The notes beneath the pieces are model-generated. The model ran no database searches. It saw nothing but the letters and a program-made list of their open reading frames with translations, and was not told where the DNA came from. The translations under genes were made by a program, and so were the position numbers. 64,000 nucleotides of DNA from an uncultured Prevotellaceae bacterium. GTDB taxonomy: Bacteria; Bacteroidota; Bacteroidia; Bacteroidales; Bacteroidaceae. The DNA is taken from NCBI GenBank assembly GCA_947166345.1, contig CAMVDU010000001.1:11260-75259 (forward strand). The letters run 5' to 3'. Shown in pieces: positions 45,189 through 54,853 of this stretch. Positions within the stretch are counted from its first letter, which is position 1. Every line of letters starts with the position of its first letter.

Positions 45189-48100
45189 TTATACCAAACC
45201 CTTTCCGTGACACTGTTTGAACTTCTTGCCGCTACCGCAGGGGCAGGGATCGTTGCGACCAGGCATCTTGTCCTTAATAAGAGGTGTGCGAGGCTGCTGG
45301 GCGCGTGTGTCCTGACGTGCTGCTGCCTGCTGGTTACGGTCAACCATCTGCTCCTCGTTGACATTCTGCTTGTTCTCTGTGTACTGCTGACGATTGGTGT
45401 GCTCCTCTGGGGCAGCCTCACGCACCTGATTGTTCTGCAGTTCAGGAATGGCGGCACGTGTCAGGATGCTTACCGTGCGGTTGTTCATCTCGTTGATCAT
45501 GTTGTCCCACACCTTAGCACTCTCCAACTTGAAGATTAGGAGCGGGTCTTTCTGCTCGTAGCTGGCATTCTGTACGGAGTGCTTCAGCTCATCGAGCTCG
45601 CGCAGGTTCTCCTTCCAGGCGTCGTCAATGATATGCAACAGTATCTGCTTCTCAAAGTCCTTGACCACTGACTTGCACTGGGTGTCGTAGGCTTCCTTGA
45701 GGTTGCAGGCGATGTTATAAGTGCGACGGCCGTCGGTGATGGGCACCATGATACGTTCGTACATGTGTCCCTGCTCTTCATAGACACGCTGGATAACGGG
45801 CCAGGCCACCTCGCAGATGTGCTCTGTGCGACGGTTGAAGTTGGCCAAGGCCTGCTGGAATGCGCTCTCGGCCAGCACCTCAGGATTCTCTTTCGAGAAC
45901 TGCTCCTCAGTGAAGGGCACTTCCATCGCAAACAGACGGATAAACTCTTCCTTGCAGCCTTGATAGTCGTTGCGCTCGATGATGGTAGAGATACGGTCCC
46001 AGATGGTGTTGGCGATATCCATACCGATACGCTCACCCATGAGGGCGTGACGACGCTTCTCATAGACAACGGTACGCTGCTTGTTCATCACGTCATCATA
46101 CTCCAACAGACGCTTACGGATGCCGAAGTGGTTCTCCTCGACCTTCTTCTGGGCACGCTCAATCTGCTTGGTGATCATCGAACTCTCAATGAGGTCGCCT
46201 TCCTTGAAGCCCAGACGGTCCATGATAGAGGCAATACGCTCACTACCGAACAGACGCATCAGCTTGTCTTCAAGACTGACAAAGAAGACAGAAGAGCCTG
46301 GGTCACCCTGACGTCCAGAACGGCCTCGCAGCTGACGGTCTACACGACGGCTCTCATGGCGCTCGGTACCGATAATGGCGAGACCGCCAGCGGCCTTCAC
46401 CTCAGGCGATAGCTTGATATCGGTACCACGACCAGCCATGTTGGTGGCGATGGTAACGGCTCCCAGTCCGTTGGTTGACTGACCGGCCAGAGCCACAATG
46501 TCGGCCTCCTTCTGGTGCAGTTTGGCATTCAGAACTTGATGGGGAATACCCTCGCGCTTGCCAGTCTCAGGATCTACATACATGTCGAGCATGCGTGACA
46601 GTAGCTCAGAGATTTCAACGGAGGTAGTACCAATCAGCGTAGGACGACCTGCTTTGCGCATCTTCACCACTTCTTCGATGACAGCACGATACTTCTCGCG
46701 CTGGGTCTTATAGACGCGGTCCTCCATATCCTTACGGATAACGGGTTTGTTGGTGGGAATCTCCACGACATCGAGCTTGTAGATGTTCCAGAACTCACCA
46801 GCCTCGGTAGAAGCGGTACCCGTCATACCTGCCAGCTTGTGGTACATGCGGAAATAGTTCTGCAGGGTGATGGTGGCAAAGGTCTGGGTGGCAGCTTCCA
46901 CCTTCACGTGCTCCTTAGCTTCGACAGCCTGGTGCAGGCCGTCGCTCCAACGGCGACCTTCCATGATACGTCCTGTCTGCTCATCGACAATCTTCACCTC
47001 TCCGTCGATAACGACATATTCGTCATCTTTATTGAACATGGTGTAGGCTTTGAGCAACTGCTGCAGGGTGTGCACACGCTCGCTCTGCACGGCATAGTGG
47101 CTCATCAGCTCGTCTTTCTTCGTGACGCGCTCCTCGTCAGAGAGTCCTACCTCAGCCTCAAGTGCTGACAGCTGGGCTGCAATATCGGGCAGCACGAAGA
47201 GCTCGGCATCGTTCACCTGGTTAGCCAGCCAAGCCGTACCCTTATCGGTGAGGTCGCAGGAGTTCAGTTTCTCATCGACGACGAAGTAGAGGGGCTCAAC
47301 AGCTTCGGGCATACGACGGTTGTTGTTCTCCATGTAGTGCTCTTCGGTCTTGAGCATGCCTGCCTTGATACCTTCTTCCGAGAGGTACTTGATGAGTGGC
47401 TTGTTCTTGGGTAATGACTTATGGGAACGGTAGAGCGACAGGAATCCTTGTTCCAGGAGTTCCTTGTTGTCGGTATTCATACCTTCGGTAATCTTCTGCT
47501 TGGCATCGGCCAGATACTGTGTGGCAAGCTGACGCTGTACACCCACGAGTTTCTCGACCAATGGCTGATACTCCTCGAACATCTGTACCTCACCCTTGGG
47601 AACAGGACCGCTGATGATCAGAGGCGTACGGGCATCGTCAATCAACACGGAGTCAACCTCATCGACGATAGCATAGTTATGGGCTCGCTGTACCAGGTCG
47701 GCAGGCGAGATAGCCATATTGTCTCGCAGATAGTCAAAACCAAACTCATTGTTGGTACCAAAGGTGATATCGGCCTGATAAGCCTTGCGGCGAGCCTCAG
47801 AGTTGGGCTGGTGCTTGTCGATACAATCGACGCTGAGTCCATGGAACATGTAAAGCGGTCCCATCCACTCGGAGTCACGCTTGGCCAGATAATCGTTGAC
47901 GGTAACCACATGTACACCGTTGCCAGTCAGCGCATTCAGGAACACGGGGAGGGTGGCTACAAGGGTCTTACCTTCACCAGTAGCCATCTCGGCAATCTTT
48001 CCCTGATGGAGTACCACACCACCAAAGAGCTGCACGTCATAGTGGACCATCTCCCATTTCAGGTCGTTGCCGCCTGCTGTCCAGTGGTTGTGATAGATGG

Positions 48101-48560
48101 CTTTGTCACCGTCAATGGTGATAAAGTCCTTACGGGGATCAGCTGCCAGCTCGCGGTCGAAGTCGTTGGCAGTAACGATGGTCTCCTCGTTCTGGGCAAA
48201 GCGACGGGCTGTATCCTTCACGATGGCATAGACCTCGGGCATCACTTGGTTAAGGGCTTTCTCATACACCTCAAGTGCATCTTTCTCCAACTTGTCTATC
48301 TGGGCAAAGATGTCGGCACGCTCGTCAATGGGGGTCTGTTCGATGGTACCCTTCAGCCGCTCAATCTCTTCTTTCTGCTTGGTGGCAGCTGCCTGTACCT
48401 GCTGGCGCAGCTCCTGGGTACGAGCGCGCAGGGCATCGTTGTCAAGTGCCTCAACGCTAGGTGATACTTGCTTCACCTGCTCTACGAATGGCTGTATGAG
48501 TTTCATGTCGCGCGATGACTTATCGCCGAACAATGACTTTAGAATCTTGTTGATATTCAT
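45189..48560 (-). CDS. secA: Preprotein translocase subunit SecA
   Basis: [34 protein letters not shown]-terminal [13 protein letters not shown]; -7 box at 48641-48648. Confidence 0.98.
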   Translation of the reverse strand: MNINKILKSLFGDKSSRDMKLIQPFVEQVKQVSPSVEALDNDALRARTQELRQQVQAAATKQKEEIERLKGTIEQTPIDERADIFAQIDKLEKDALEVYEKALNQVMPEVYAIVKDTARRFAQNEETIVTANDFDRELAADPRKDFITIDGDKAIYHNHWTAGGNDLKWEMVHYDVQLFGGVVLHQGKIAEMATGEGKTLVATLPVFLNALTGNGVHVVTVNDYLAKRDSEWMGPLYMFHGLSVDCIDKHQPNSEARRKAYQADITFGTNNEFGFDYLRDNMAISPADLVQRAHNYAIVDEVDSVLIDDARTPLIISGPVPKGEVQMFEEYQPLVEKLVGVQRQLATQYLADAKQKITEGMNTDNKELLEQGFLSLYRSHKSLPKNKPLIKYLSEEGIKAGMLKTEEHYMENNNRRMPEAVEPLYFVVDEKLNSCDLTDKGTAWLANQVNDAELFVLPDIAAQLSALEAEVGLSDEERVTKKDELMSHYAVQSERVHTLQQLLKAYTMFNKDDEYVVIDGEVKIVDEQTGRIMEGRRWSDGLHQAVEAKEHVKVEAATQTFATITLQNYFRMYHKLAGMTGTASTEAGEFWNIYKLDVVEIPTNKPVIRKDMEDRVYKTQREKYRAVIEEVVKMRKAGRPTLIGTTSVEISELLSRMLDMYVDPETGKREGIPHQVLNAKLHQKEADIVALAGQSTNGLGAVTIATNMAGRGTDIKLSPEVKAAGGLAIIGTERHESRRVDRQLRGRSGRQGDPGSSVFFVSLEDKLMRLFGSERIASIMDRLGFKEGDLIESSMITKQIERAQKKVEENHFGIRKRLLEYDDVMNKQRTVVYEKRRHALMGERIGMDIANTIWDRISTIIERNDYQGCKEEFIRLFAMEVPFTEEQFSKENPEVLAESAFQQALANFNRRTEHICEVAWPVIQRVYEEQGHMYERIMVPITDGRRTYNIACNLKEAYDTQCKSVVKDFEKQILLHIIDDAWKENLRELDELKHSVQNASYEQKDPLLIFKLESAKVWDNMINEMNNRTVSILTRAAIPELQNNQVREAAPEEHTNRQQYTENKQNVNEEQMVDRNQQAAARQDTRAQQPRTPLIKDKMPGRNDPCPCGSGKKFKQCHGKGLV

Positions 48561-48674
48561 CTTATGTATTTATAATTTACTGATTTGCAATTCAATCTAT
48601 TCATTTACGCGTTCCGAACGGAATATCGGAAAAACGGGTGCAAAGGTACGAAAATAATTCCGTACTTCGCGCTG

Positions 48675-48698
48675 CCTTTTTACTTTTTTACCTTTTTA
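48675..48698. repeat. 8-bp repeat (ccttttta) x3
   Basis: ccttttta ctttttta ccttttta. Confidence 0.6.
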
Positions 48699-48700
48699 TG

Positions 48701-50281
48701 TTAAAAAAGTGGCTCTGAAGAGCATGCATTGGGTGCGCGGATGCGAATACAGCGCGCTATAGTTGGTGCAATGCGGTCGGTGGTAACGGGAACCTGAATA
48801 CGTTCAGATTCAATGCCGTTGCCATAGAAAATAATAGGGAATGGCGTGAATGAAGCGCGTGACAATTCAACCTGCTGCCCATTCTCGTCAAGGATCTGCC
48901 AACCTGGAGCGACCTCGATAAACAAGTCGCCGCTATGTTCCGGGCTGAAACCGTTGCGTATCTTCTGCAACTGTTGGTTCTGGCTGGTGATGAGCTGTAG
49001 GGAGGTATAGACATTCCTGACCCCTGACATCATGACCAGAATCTCCTGAGCACGATTAGTGGCATCGGTAATGCTGACTTTCTTGTTTTCCAACAGCTTG
49101 TGGTTCAGGAAAATCTGATTGCCAAAGGTCGATTCGATATAAATGCCCTGTCCCCAAATTGCTCCCAGATACATGTTCAGCAGATTTGAGGTACGCTCCA
49201 TCTGGAAGACACCAGAGGGAATACGGTATTTCTGATAGTCGGTAGATTCGATGTCGCTGTAGCCTGTACTAGTCAATATATACAACACACGGTCTTTCCC
49301 AATGTGCTCGTCAAGATAGTCCATCAGACGAGCTATCTCGTTGTCCAGACGTACATAGGTGTCTTCAAGCTCGGTCTGACATTCTGTCACAGTGCGATGG
49401 TCGAACGTACCAGCATAATAGGTTAGCGAGAGTAAGTCGGTAACAGCGTCGTTACCCATACCGTTGGCATAGACACATTGCTGTGCCATATCAGTCACAT
49501 CCTTATTCACTAGTCCGCTGGTCTTGTAGAGCGTGTAGCGTTCAGGACCCGAGAATCTGTGCTTGAAGGAACGTGAGTCGTTCCCGTACATGAAGTAGCT
49601 GAGGTTGCCTACCTTCATGTCGCACGGCTCCCATGTGGTGTTGTCAGTCCTTGAATCGGCAGGATGCATACTGTTGTATGCACCAATCCAAGCGGGCAGG
49701 GACGATGAATAGTAGGAAGTCGAGCACCAGTTGCCTCTGATATCGTCAATCCATGTGGCAGCATTGGCTGCATGACCAGCGGCAAGAATGGCTGCGTCGC
49801 GGTAAGGGGCAATGGAATAGACGTGTGCCTTACCACCAGTGACAACCTTCAGCTCGTCGCCAATGGTCGATGTAGAGAGAGCTGCCGCCGAAGAGGTGTC
49901 GTCTGTCAGAAGTCCAGGGAATGCAGAATCGTCAACACAAAAGACGGGCCGCAGTGTCTTACGGTTTAGCCATAGCTTACCCGTTATATTATTATAATAA
50001 GGTGTAACACCTGTAGCAATGGATGCGATAGCCGAAGCACGGTCAATGGGTGAGAATGGGTAGGAGGCATTGGCATAGACGCGTCCTCCGTCAAGCAGCC
50101 GCTTAAAGCCTTTGTCAGAATAGAGTGGGGCAAAAGCTTCCAGATAATCGCTGCGTAACTGGTCGATGGTGATGCTTACCACCAGTCGTGGCGCACCTTT
50201 TGACTGTACATACTGTGCCCAACTCTCGCTGTTGAAACCGAGAATGGCTAATAGGGTGATATAAAGATACTTATTTCTCAT
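48701..50281 (-). CDS. PafA-like alkaline phosphatase family protein, probably catalytically degenerate
   Basis: PRLVVSITIDQLRSDYL, GFKRL, STIGDELK; metal and nucleophile motifs appear altered. Confidence 0.8.
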   Translation of the reverse strand: MRNKYLYITLLAILGFNSESWAQYVQSKGAPRLVVSITIDQLRSDYLEAFAPLYSDKGFKRLLDGGRVYANASYPFSPIDRASAIASIATGVTPYYNNITGKLWLNRKTLRPVFCVDDSAFPGLLTDDTSSAAALSTSTIGDELKVVTGGKAHVYSIAPYRDAAILAAGHAANAATWIDDIRGNWCSTSYYSSSLPAWIGAYNSMHPADSRTDNTTWEPCDMKVGNLSYFMYGNDSRSFKHRFSGPERYTLYKTSGLVNKDVTDMAQQCVYANGMGNDAVTDLLSLTYYAGTFDHRTVTECQTELEDTYVRLDNEIARLMDYLDEHIGKDRVLYILTSTGYSDIESTDYQKYRIPSGVFQMERTSNLLNMYLGAIWGQGIYIESTFGNQIFLNHKLLENKKVSITDATNRAQEILVMMSGVRNVYTSLQLITSQNQQLQKIRNGFSPEHSGDLFIEVAPGWQILDENGQQVELSRASFTPFPIIFYGNGIESERIQVPVTTDRIAPTIARCIRIRAPNACSSEPLF

Positions 50282-51449
50282 GCCGATGTCTCCAATATCT
50301 TAACAGCAAACATAGTGCCAAAATGTACATACCCTCTGCATAGTCCTGCCACAGGCCTCCAATCAGGAAAAGGATGGTTGCGCATAGGCTGATAACGAAC
50401 CAGCGCGTCTTCTTTCCTCGAAAGACTTGGGGAATAAAGAATAACGACAGAGGGTTGAGTATCAGAATCTGCAGATTGGTGCTGGTTGCGGGGTGCTCTG
50501 AGAAAAACATCACGAAGACGATGCATCCGGCCAGACCTGTCAGCAACATTAACGTCACGTCAAACCATCGTAGGCATGTCTTCTTACGCTGCTCATACAC
50601 GAACACGCCGAGGGAAATGATGAGCAAGATGATGAAGCAGACGAGGGGTGACAACGGAAAACCTGTACTCACAGGCTGGTCGCCCAGAGGATTCCAAATG
50701 ATGGTCTCCTTTACAAGCGGACGTTTTTCTCCGTTGCGAACAACGAAAGCGCGATTAAAGTCGTATGCCAAGTTGCGGGGCAGGAACTGTTGTTCACGCT
50801 GGTCAATCTTAAAGTCAGCTTTCACGCCTATCAACAAGTCACTGCCAAAGGCGGCCCAGGGATTGTCTGCAGTGTGTTCGTGCAGCAGTTTACGATAGGT
50901 GTCTCCCCGTTTTGCAGGCTGCCCTTCATAGGTAATACTGCCATCCAGATGCTTTTCGATGATATCCCTGGCGTTCGATGTGCAATTGTTGTAGAAGATG
51001 TTATACCTATAAACGCAGTTCTCTGGCTGTGCGTTCAAAAAGAGTGCCTTGATGATGCGGTCTTTTTCTTCTGGCGTCAGGTCAAGAACCTGTTCGGACA
51101 CTTGACATTTCCATCTCTCGTATTCTTTGCAGAAGGCGTTGAAGGAACAGACGCCGAGTTCATAATCTGTCTTCCCAAAGATAAAGCGAAGAACGAAATA
51201 CGGCTTGTTGTAGTCAAAGACACCATAGTTGAATACGTAGTCCACATCATTACGAAGATCACGGTAATGGATGGCAGAGTGACCATAGAGACTGTAAACC
51301 TCGTCGTGGGGAGAACACGTAATCAGACCAATCTCGACGCTGTCCATCGGGTTGGGGGTATGCTGTGCCTTGACTGGTGTTATCCCTTCCAGCCAAAAGC
51401 ATAAAAATAGTAGGCAATGAATCCTAAAAATGTTTTTTAATTGTTTCAC
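50271..51449 (-). CDS. lnb: DUF4105 membrane protein, probable Lnb lipoprotein N-acyltransferase
   Basis: LYGHSAI, FNYGVFD, YNNCT in the periplasmic part; C-terminal TM helices; GTG start. Confidence 0.72.
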   Translation of the reverse strand: MKQLKNIFRIHCLLFLCFWLEGITPVKAQHTPNPMDSVEIGLITCSPHDEVYSLYGHSAIHYRDLRNDVDYVFNYGVFDYNKPYFVLRFIFGKTDYELGVCSFNAFCKEYERWKCQVSEQVLDLTPEEKDRIIKALFLNAQPENCVYRYNIFYNNCTSNARDIIEKHLDGSITYEGQPAKRGDTYRKLLHEHTADNPWAAFGSDLLIGVKADFKIDQREQQFLPRNLAYDFNRAFVVRNGEKRPLVKETIIWNPLGDQPVSTGFPLSPLVCFIILLIISLGVFVYEQRKKTCLRWFDVTLMLLTGLAGCIVFVMFFSEHPATSTNLQILILNPLSLFFIPQVFRGKKTRWFVISLCATILFLIGGLWQDYAEGMYILALCLLLRYWRHRHEK

Positions 51450-51453
51450 GATG

Positions 51454-51514
51454 CAAAATTAAGCTATATTTTTCACTTTCGGTGCATTTAGTTCGATTTT
51501 TTTTAATAATTTTG
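51454..51514. promoter_or_regulatory. Back-to-back -7 boxes giving very short leaders
   Basis: TAATTTTG on the minus strand (51454-51461) and plus strand (51507-51514). Confidence 0.7.
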
Positions 51515-51522
51515 CACGCTGA

Positions 51523-52818
51523 ATGAAATACAGAAGCATGAAGAAATGTATTATTGGCAGCGTTTTGGCCTCTATGATGGCTGTTACTGCCTTTTCGCAG
51601 AGTGGCACGAACTCACCATACAGCCAGTATGGTTTAGGTATATTGTCAGATCAGTCACAGAGCTTTAGCCGCGGCATGAATGGCGTGGGTTTGGGTCTGC
51701 GCAAGGGTAATGTAGTGAATACCTTGAATCCTGCCTCATACTCGGCTGTGGACTCTTTGACGATGATGTTCGATGTGGCTCTGTCGGGTCAGATCTCTAA
51801 TTTCAAGGAAGGTGCTAAGCGCATCAATGCCAAGAATGCCGACTTTGAATATGCGGTAGGTCTGTTTCGCTTGATGCCGCACGTAGGTGTCAGTTTTGGC
51901 GTTCTGCCTTATTCAAATGTCGGTTACCAGTATTCCTCAACGCGTTCATTAGAGAATTCAAGCATTACGATGACAGACACTTATAGTGGTGATGGAGGTG
52001 CCCATCAGGTCTTCGTGGGTGCAGGCTGGCGCATTTTCAAACCATTGTCAATAGGTTTCAATGCAGCCTATCTGTGGGGTAGCTTTTCACGTGGTTTCAC
52101 CTCTGTGGGTAGCGAGAGTCAGGTGCTGACTGTTTCCAAGATCTATTCCGTAGATGTCAGCTCCTATAAGCTTGACGCAGGTCTGCAATGGCAACAGCCT
52201 ATCTCCAAGAAAGACGAACTGGTGTTGGGCCTGACCTTTGGCTTGGGACACAAGTTGGGTGCTGATCCGTTGTGTGTCATCAATACTACCGATGCCTCGA
52301 CAAGTGTCAGTCGTTCAGACACACTCCATGCAGGCAATGCTCTTGAACTGCCGATGAGCTATGGCGTTGGTCTCTCATGGATTCATGGTAACAAATTCTT
52401 TGTGGGTGCTGACGTAACCGTGCAGAAGTGGGGTAGCGTGAGCTATCCTGGTGAAGTGGACGACAAGTATGTCGGGCGTACTGACTTGATGAAAGACAGT
52501 TACAAGGCTACGCTGGGTGCCGATTATGTGCCAAACCCCGTTAGTCGTCGTTTCCTGCATCGTGTGCACTATAAGGTTGGAGCCGGCTATGCTACACCTT
52601 ATTATAAAATAAATGGGAAGGACGGTCCTAAGGAGTTGAGTCTCAGTGCGGGTTTTGGCATACCTCTTCAAAATGCCTATAACAACCGTTCGCAACTCAA
52701 TGTCAGTGCTCAGTGGGTTCGCTCTTCTGCAAAGGATATGATTACGGACAATACATTCCGTATCACGGTAGGTCTGACTTTCAACGAGCGATGGTTCGCG
52801 AAGTGGAAGATCGACTAA
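51523..52818 (+). CDS. Outer-membrane beta-barrel protein (FadL/PorV-like)
   Basis: Signal peptide; NSPYSQYGLG, NPAS, PYS.VGY, terminal FNERWF. Confidence 0.8.
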   Translation: MKYRSMKKCIIGSVLASMMAVTAFSQSGTNSPYSQYGLGILSDQSQSFSRGMNGVGLGLRKGNVVNTLNPASYSAVDSLTMMFDVALSGQISNFKEGAKRINAKNADFEYAVGLFRLMPHVGVSFGVLPYSNVGYQYSSTRSLENSSITMTDTYSGDGGAHQVFVGAGWRIFKPLSIGFNAAYLWGSFSRGFTSVGSESQVLTVSKIYSVDVSSYKLDAGLQWQQPISKKDELVLGLTFGLGHKLGADPLCVINTTDASTSVSRSDTLHAGNALELPMSYGVGLSWIHGNKFFVGADVTVQKWGSVSYPGEVDDKYVGRTDLMKDSYKATLGADYVPNPVSRRFLHRVHYKVGAGYATPYYKINGKDGPKELSLSAGFGIPLQNAYNNRSQLNVSAQWVRSSAKDMITDNTFRITVGLTFNERWFAKWKID

Positions 52819-52834
52819 TCTTGAATTTTTTGTT

Positions 52835-53461
52835 TTGAGATTTGAGAATCATAGTAGATATCTTTTCGGGGTGGGCTTTGCGTTCACCCTGATGCTGTTG
52901 TTGTGGGCATGTGATGAGGCCAAGGAACATACGGCGCCTGCAATTTATCCCAAAGACTCAGTCTCCATGATGACTTCCTACGGTGTCAACACCATGATTT
53001 CCGATTCGGGAGTGATGAAATACCGTATTGTTACAGAACAGTGGGATGTCAACACCGTTCGCCAACCCTCGCGATGGGAGTTTATGAAAGGCATCTTCTT
53101 CGAGCAGTATGATGAGGAGATGCGCATGCAGGCCTATATTCAGGCCGATTCAGCATGGTATTATGATCAGCAACGCCTGTGGAAATTACGTGGACGCGTC
53201 TTTATTCGTAAAGCTGACAGTGCGCTGCTTTACAGTAGTGATGAACTTTTTTGGGATGGTATTAAACATCAGTTCTATTCACATGCCTTTTCGCGTATCG
53301 TGACCCCAGAGCGTACGATGGAAGGTACCTATTTCGAAAGCAATGAGGAAATGACTCACTATATGGTTTCCAATTCACAAGGATCATTCCGAGCTGAAGA
53401 TATGTTGGGCGAACCAAAGGAAGGTCAGGACTCTCTACAAGTCAAAATGATACAGCAATAA
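52835..53461 (+). CDS. lptC: LPS export protein LptC (start uncertain)
   Basis: N-terminal anchor ending in AC; ISDSG, IQADSA.Y, LW.LRG.V, L.W. Confidence 0.75.
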   Translation: MRFENHSRYLFGVGFAFTLMLLLWACDEAKEHTAPAIYPKDSVSMMTSYGVNTMISDSGVMKYRIVTEQWDVNTVRQPSRWEFMKGIFFEQYDEEMRMQAYIQADSAWYYDQQRLWKLRGRVFIRKADSALLYSSDELFWDGIKHQFYSHAFSRIVTPERTMEGTYFESNEEMTHYMVSNSQGSFRAEDMLGEPKEGQDSLQVKMIQQ

Positions 53462-53467
53462 AGACTC

Positions 53468-54739
53468 ATGGGCGCATTAATCATAGGATTGGTTATATCA
53501 ATGATCTTCTCAGCCTTCTTCTCAGGTATGGAGATCGCTTTTGTTTCCAGCAACCGTCTGTTGGCAGAAATGGAACGTGACAAGAACGGCCCTTCGCAGC
53601 GTGCTATGGCCTTGTTCTACAGGCATCCCAACAATTTCGTCTCAACGATGCTGGTTGGAAACAACATTGCGTTGGTGGTCTATGGTATTCTGTTTGCCAA
53701 GATCTTTGATATGACGTTGTTCGCATCGTTTAATGACGGTACACGAGTACTGGCCGATACGCTTCTTTCAACGCTGGTTGTTCTTTTTACGGGCGAGTTT
53801 TTGCCAAAGACCATATTTAAGGCCAACCCCAATGGTATGCTTACTTTCTTTGCCATTCCAGCATGGCTGTGCTATGTGGTCTTATGGCCTGTTGCCCGTT
53901 TTGCCACACTCCTTTCCAAAGGTCTGCTCAGACTCCTTGGTGTCCGTATGGAGAAAGATAATGGCGAGAAAGCCTTCACCCGTGTGGATCTTGACTATTT
54001 GGTGCAATCTAGCATCGATAATGCACGTAACGATGATGAGATTGAAGAGGAAGTGAGGATATTCCAGAATGCACTCGAGTTTTCAGAGACGAAGGTTCGT
54101 GACTGTATGATACCACGTACCGAGATTGATGCTGTGGAAGATACCTGTGACATTGAAGAACTGAAACAGAAATTCATTGAGAGTGGTCATTCCAAGATTG
54201 TTGTCTATCATGATGATATTGACCATATTGTGGGCTATATCCATTCGTCGGAGATGTTCCGCAATCCTGCTGATTGGCGCCAGAGGCTTCGCCAGATAAC
54301 CTTCGTCCCAGAGACGATGGCTGCCAGCAAAATGATGCAGACGCTGTTGGCACAGAAGAAATCGCTGGGTGTGGTGGTCGATGAGTTTGGTGGTACCAGT
54401 GGTCTTGTTTCTCTTGAGGACATCGTAGAGGAGATCTTCGGTGATATTGAGGATGAGCACGATTCCAATCACTATGTGGCCAAACGTCTGGACGATGGCG
54501 ATTACTTGTTGTCTGCCCGATTGGAGATAGAAAAGGTTAACGAGTTGTTTGATTTAGACTTGCCTGAGAGTGATGACTATATGACGGTAGGCGGATTGAT
54601 ACTCCATGTCTATCAAAGTTTCCCGAAACTTAACGAAGTGGTGAAAATCGAAGACCGCTTTGAATTTAAAATTATGAAGAATACGGCGACAAAAATCGAA
54701 CTTGTTCGCCTCCATTTAGTGGCTGAGGAAGGAAAATAA
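53468..54739 (+). CDS. HlyC/CorC (CNNM-CBS) family protein
   Basis: SAFFSGMEIA, GEFLPK, M.PR, VVDEFGGTSG..SLEDIVEEIFGDI.DEHD. Confidence 0.92.
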   Translation: MGALIIGLVISMIFSAFFSGMEIAFVSSNRLLAEMERDKNGPSQRAMALFYRHPNNFVSTMLVGNNIALVVYGILFAKIFDMTLFASFNDGTRVLADTLLSTLVVLFTGEFLPKTIFKANPNGMLTFFAIPAWLCYVVLWPVARFATLLSKGLLRLLGVRMEKDNGEKAFTRVDLDYLVQSSIDNARNDDEIEEEVRIFQNALEFSETKVRDCMIPRTEIDAVEDTCDIEELKQKFIESGHSKIVVYHDDIDHIVGYIHSSEMFRNPADWRQRLRQITFVPETMAASKMMQTLLAQKKSLGVVVDEFGGTSGLVSLEDIVEEIFGDIEDEHDSNHYVAKRLDDGDYLLSARLEIEKVNELFDLDLPESDDYMTVGGLILHVYQSFPKLNEVVKIEDRFEFKIMKNTATKIELVRLHLVAEEGK

Positions 54740-54853
54740 GGGCATAAATGACAAATTTTTATAAAAAAGTGTCGTTATGTCGCTCAAAATTCGTAACTTT
54801 GTCGGCTGAATTGAAAAAAGCAACAAAATTAAAAACAAAAAATAATAACAAAA

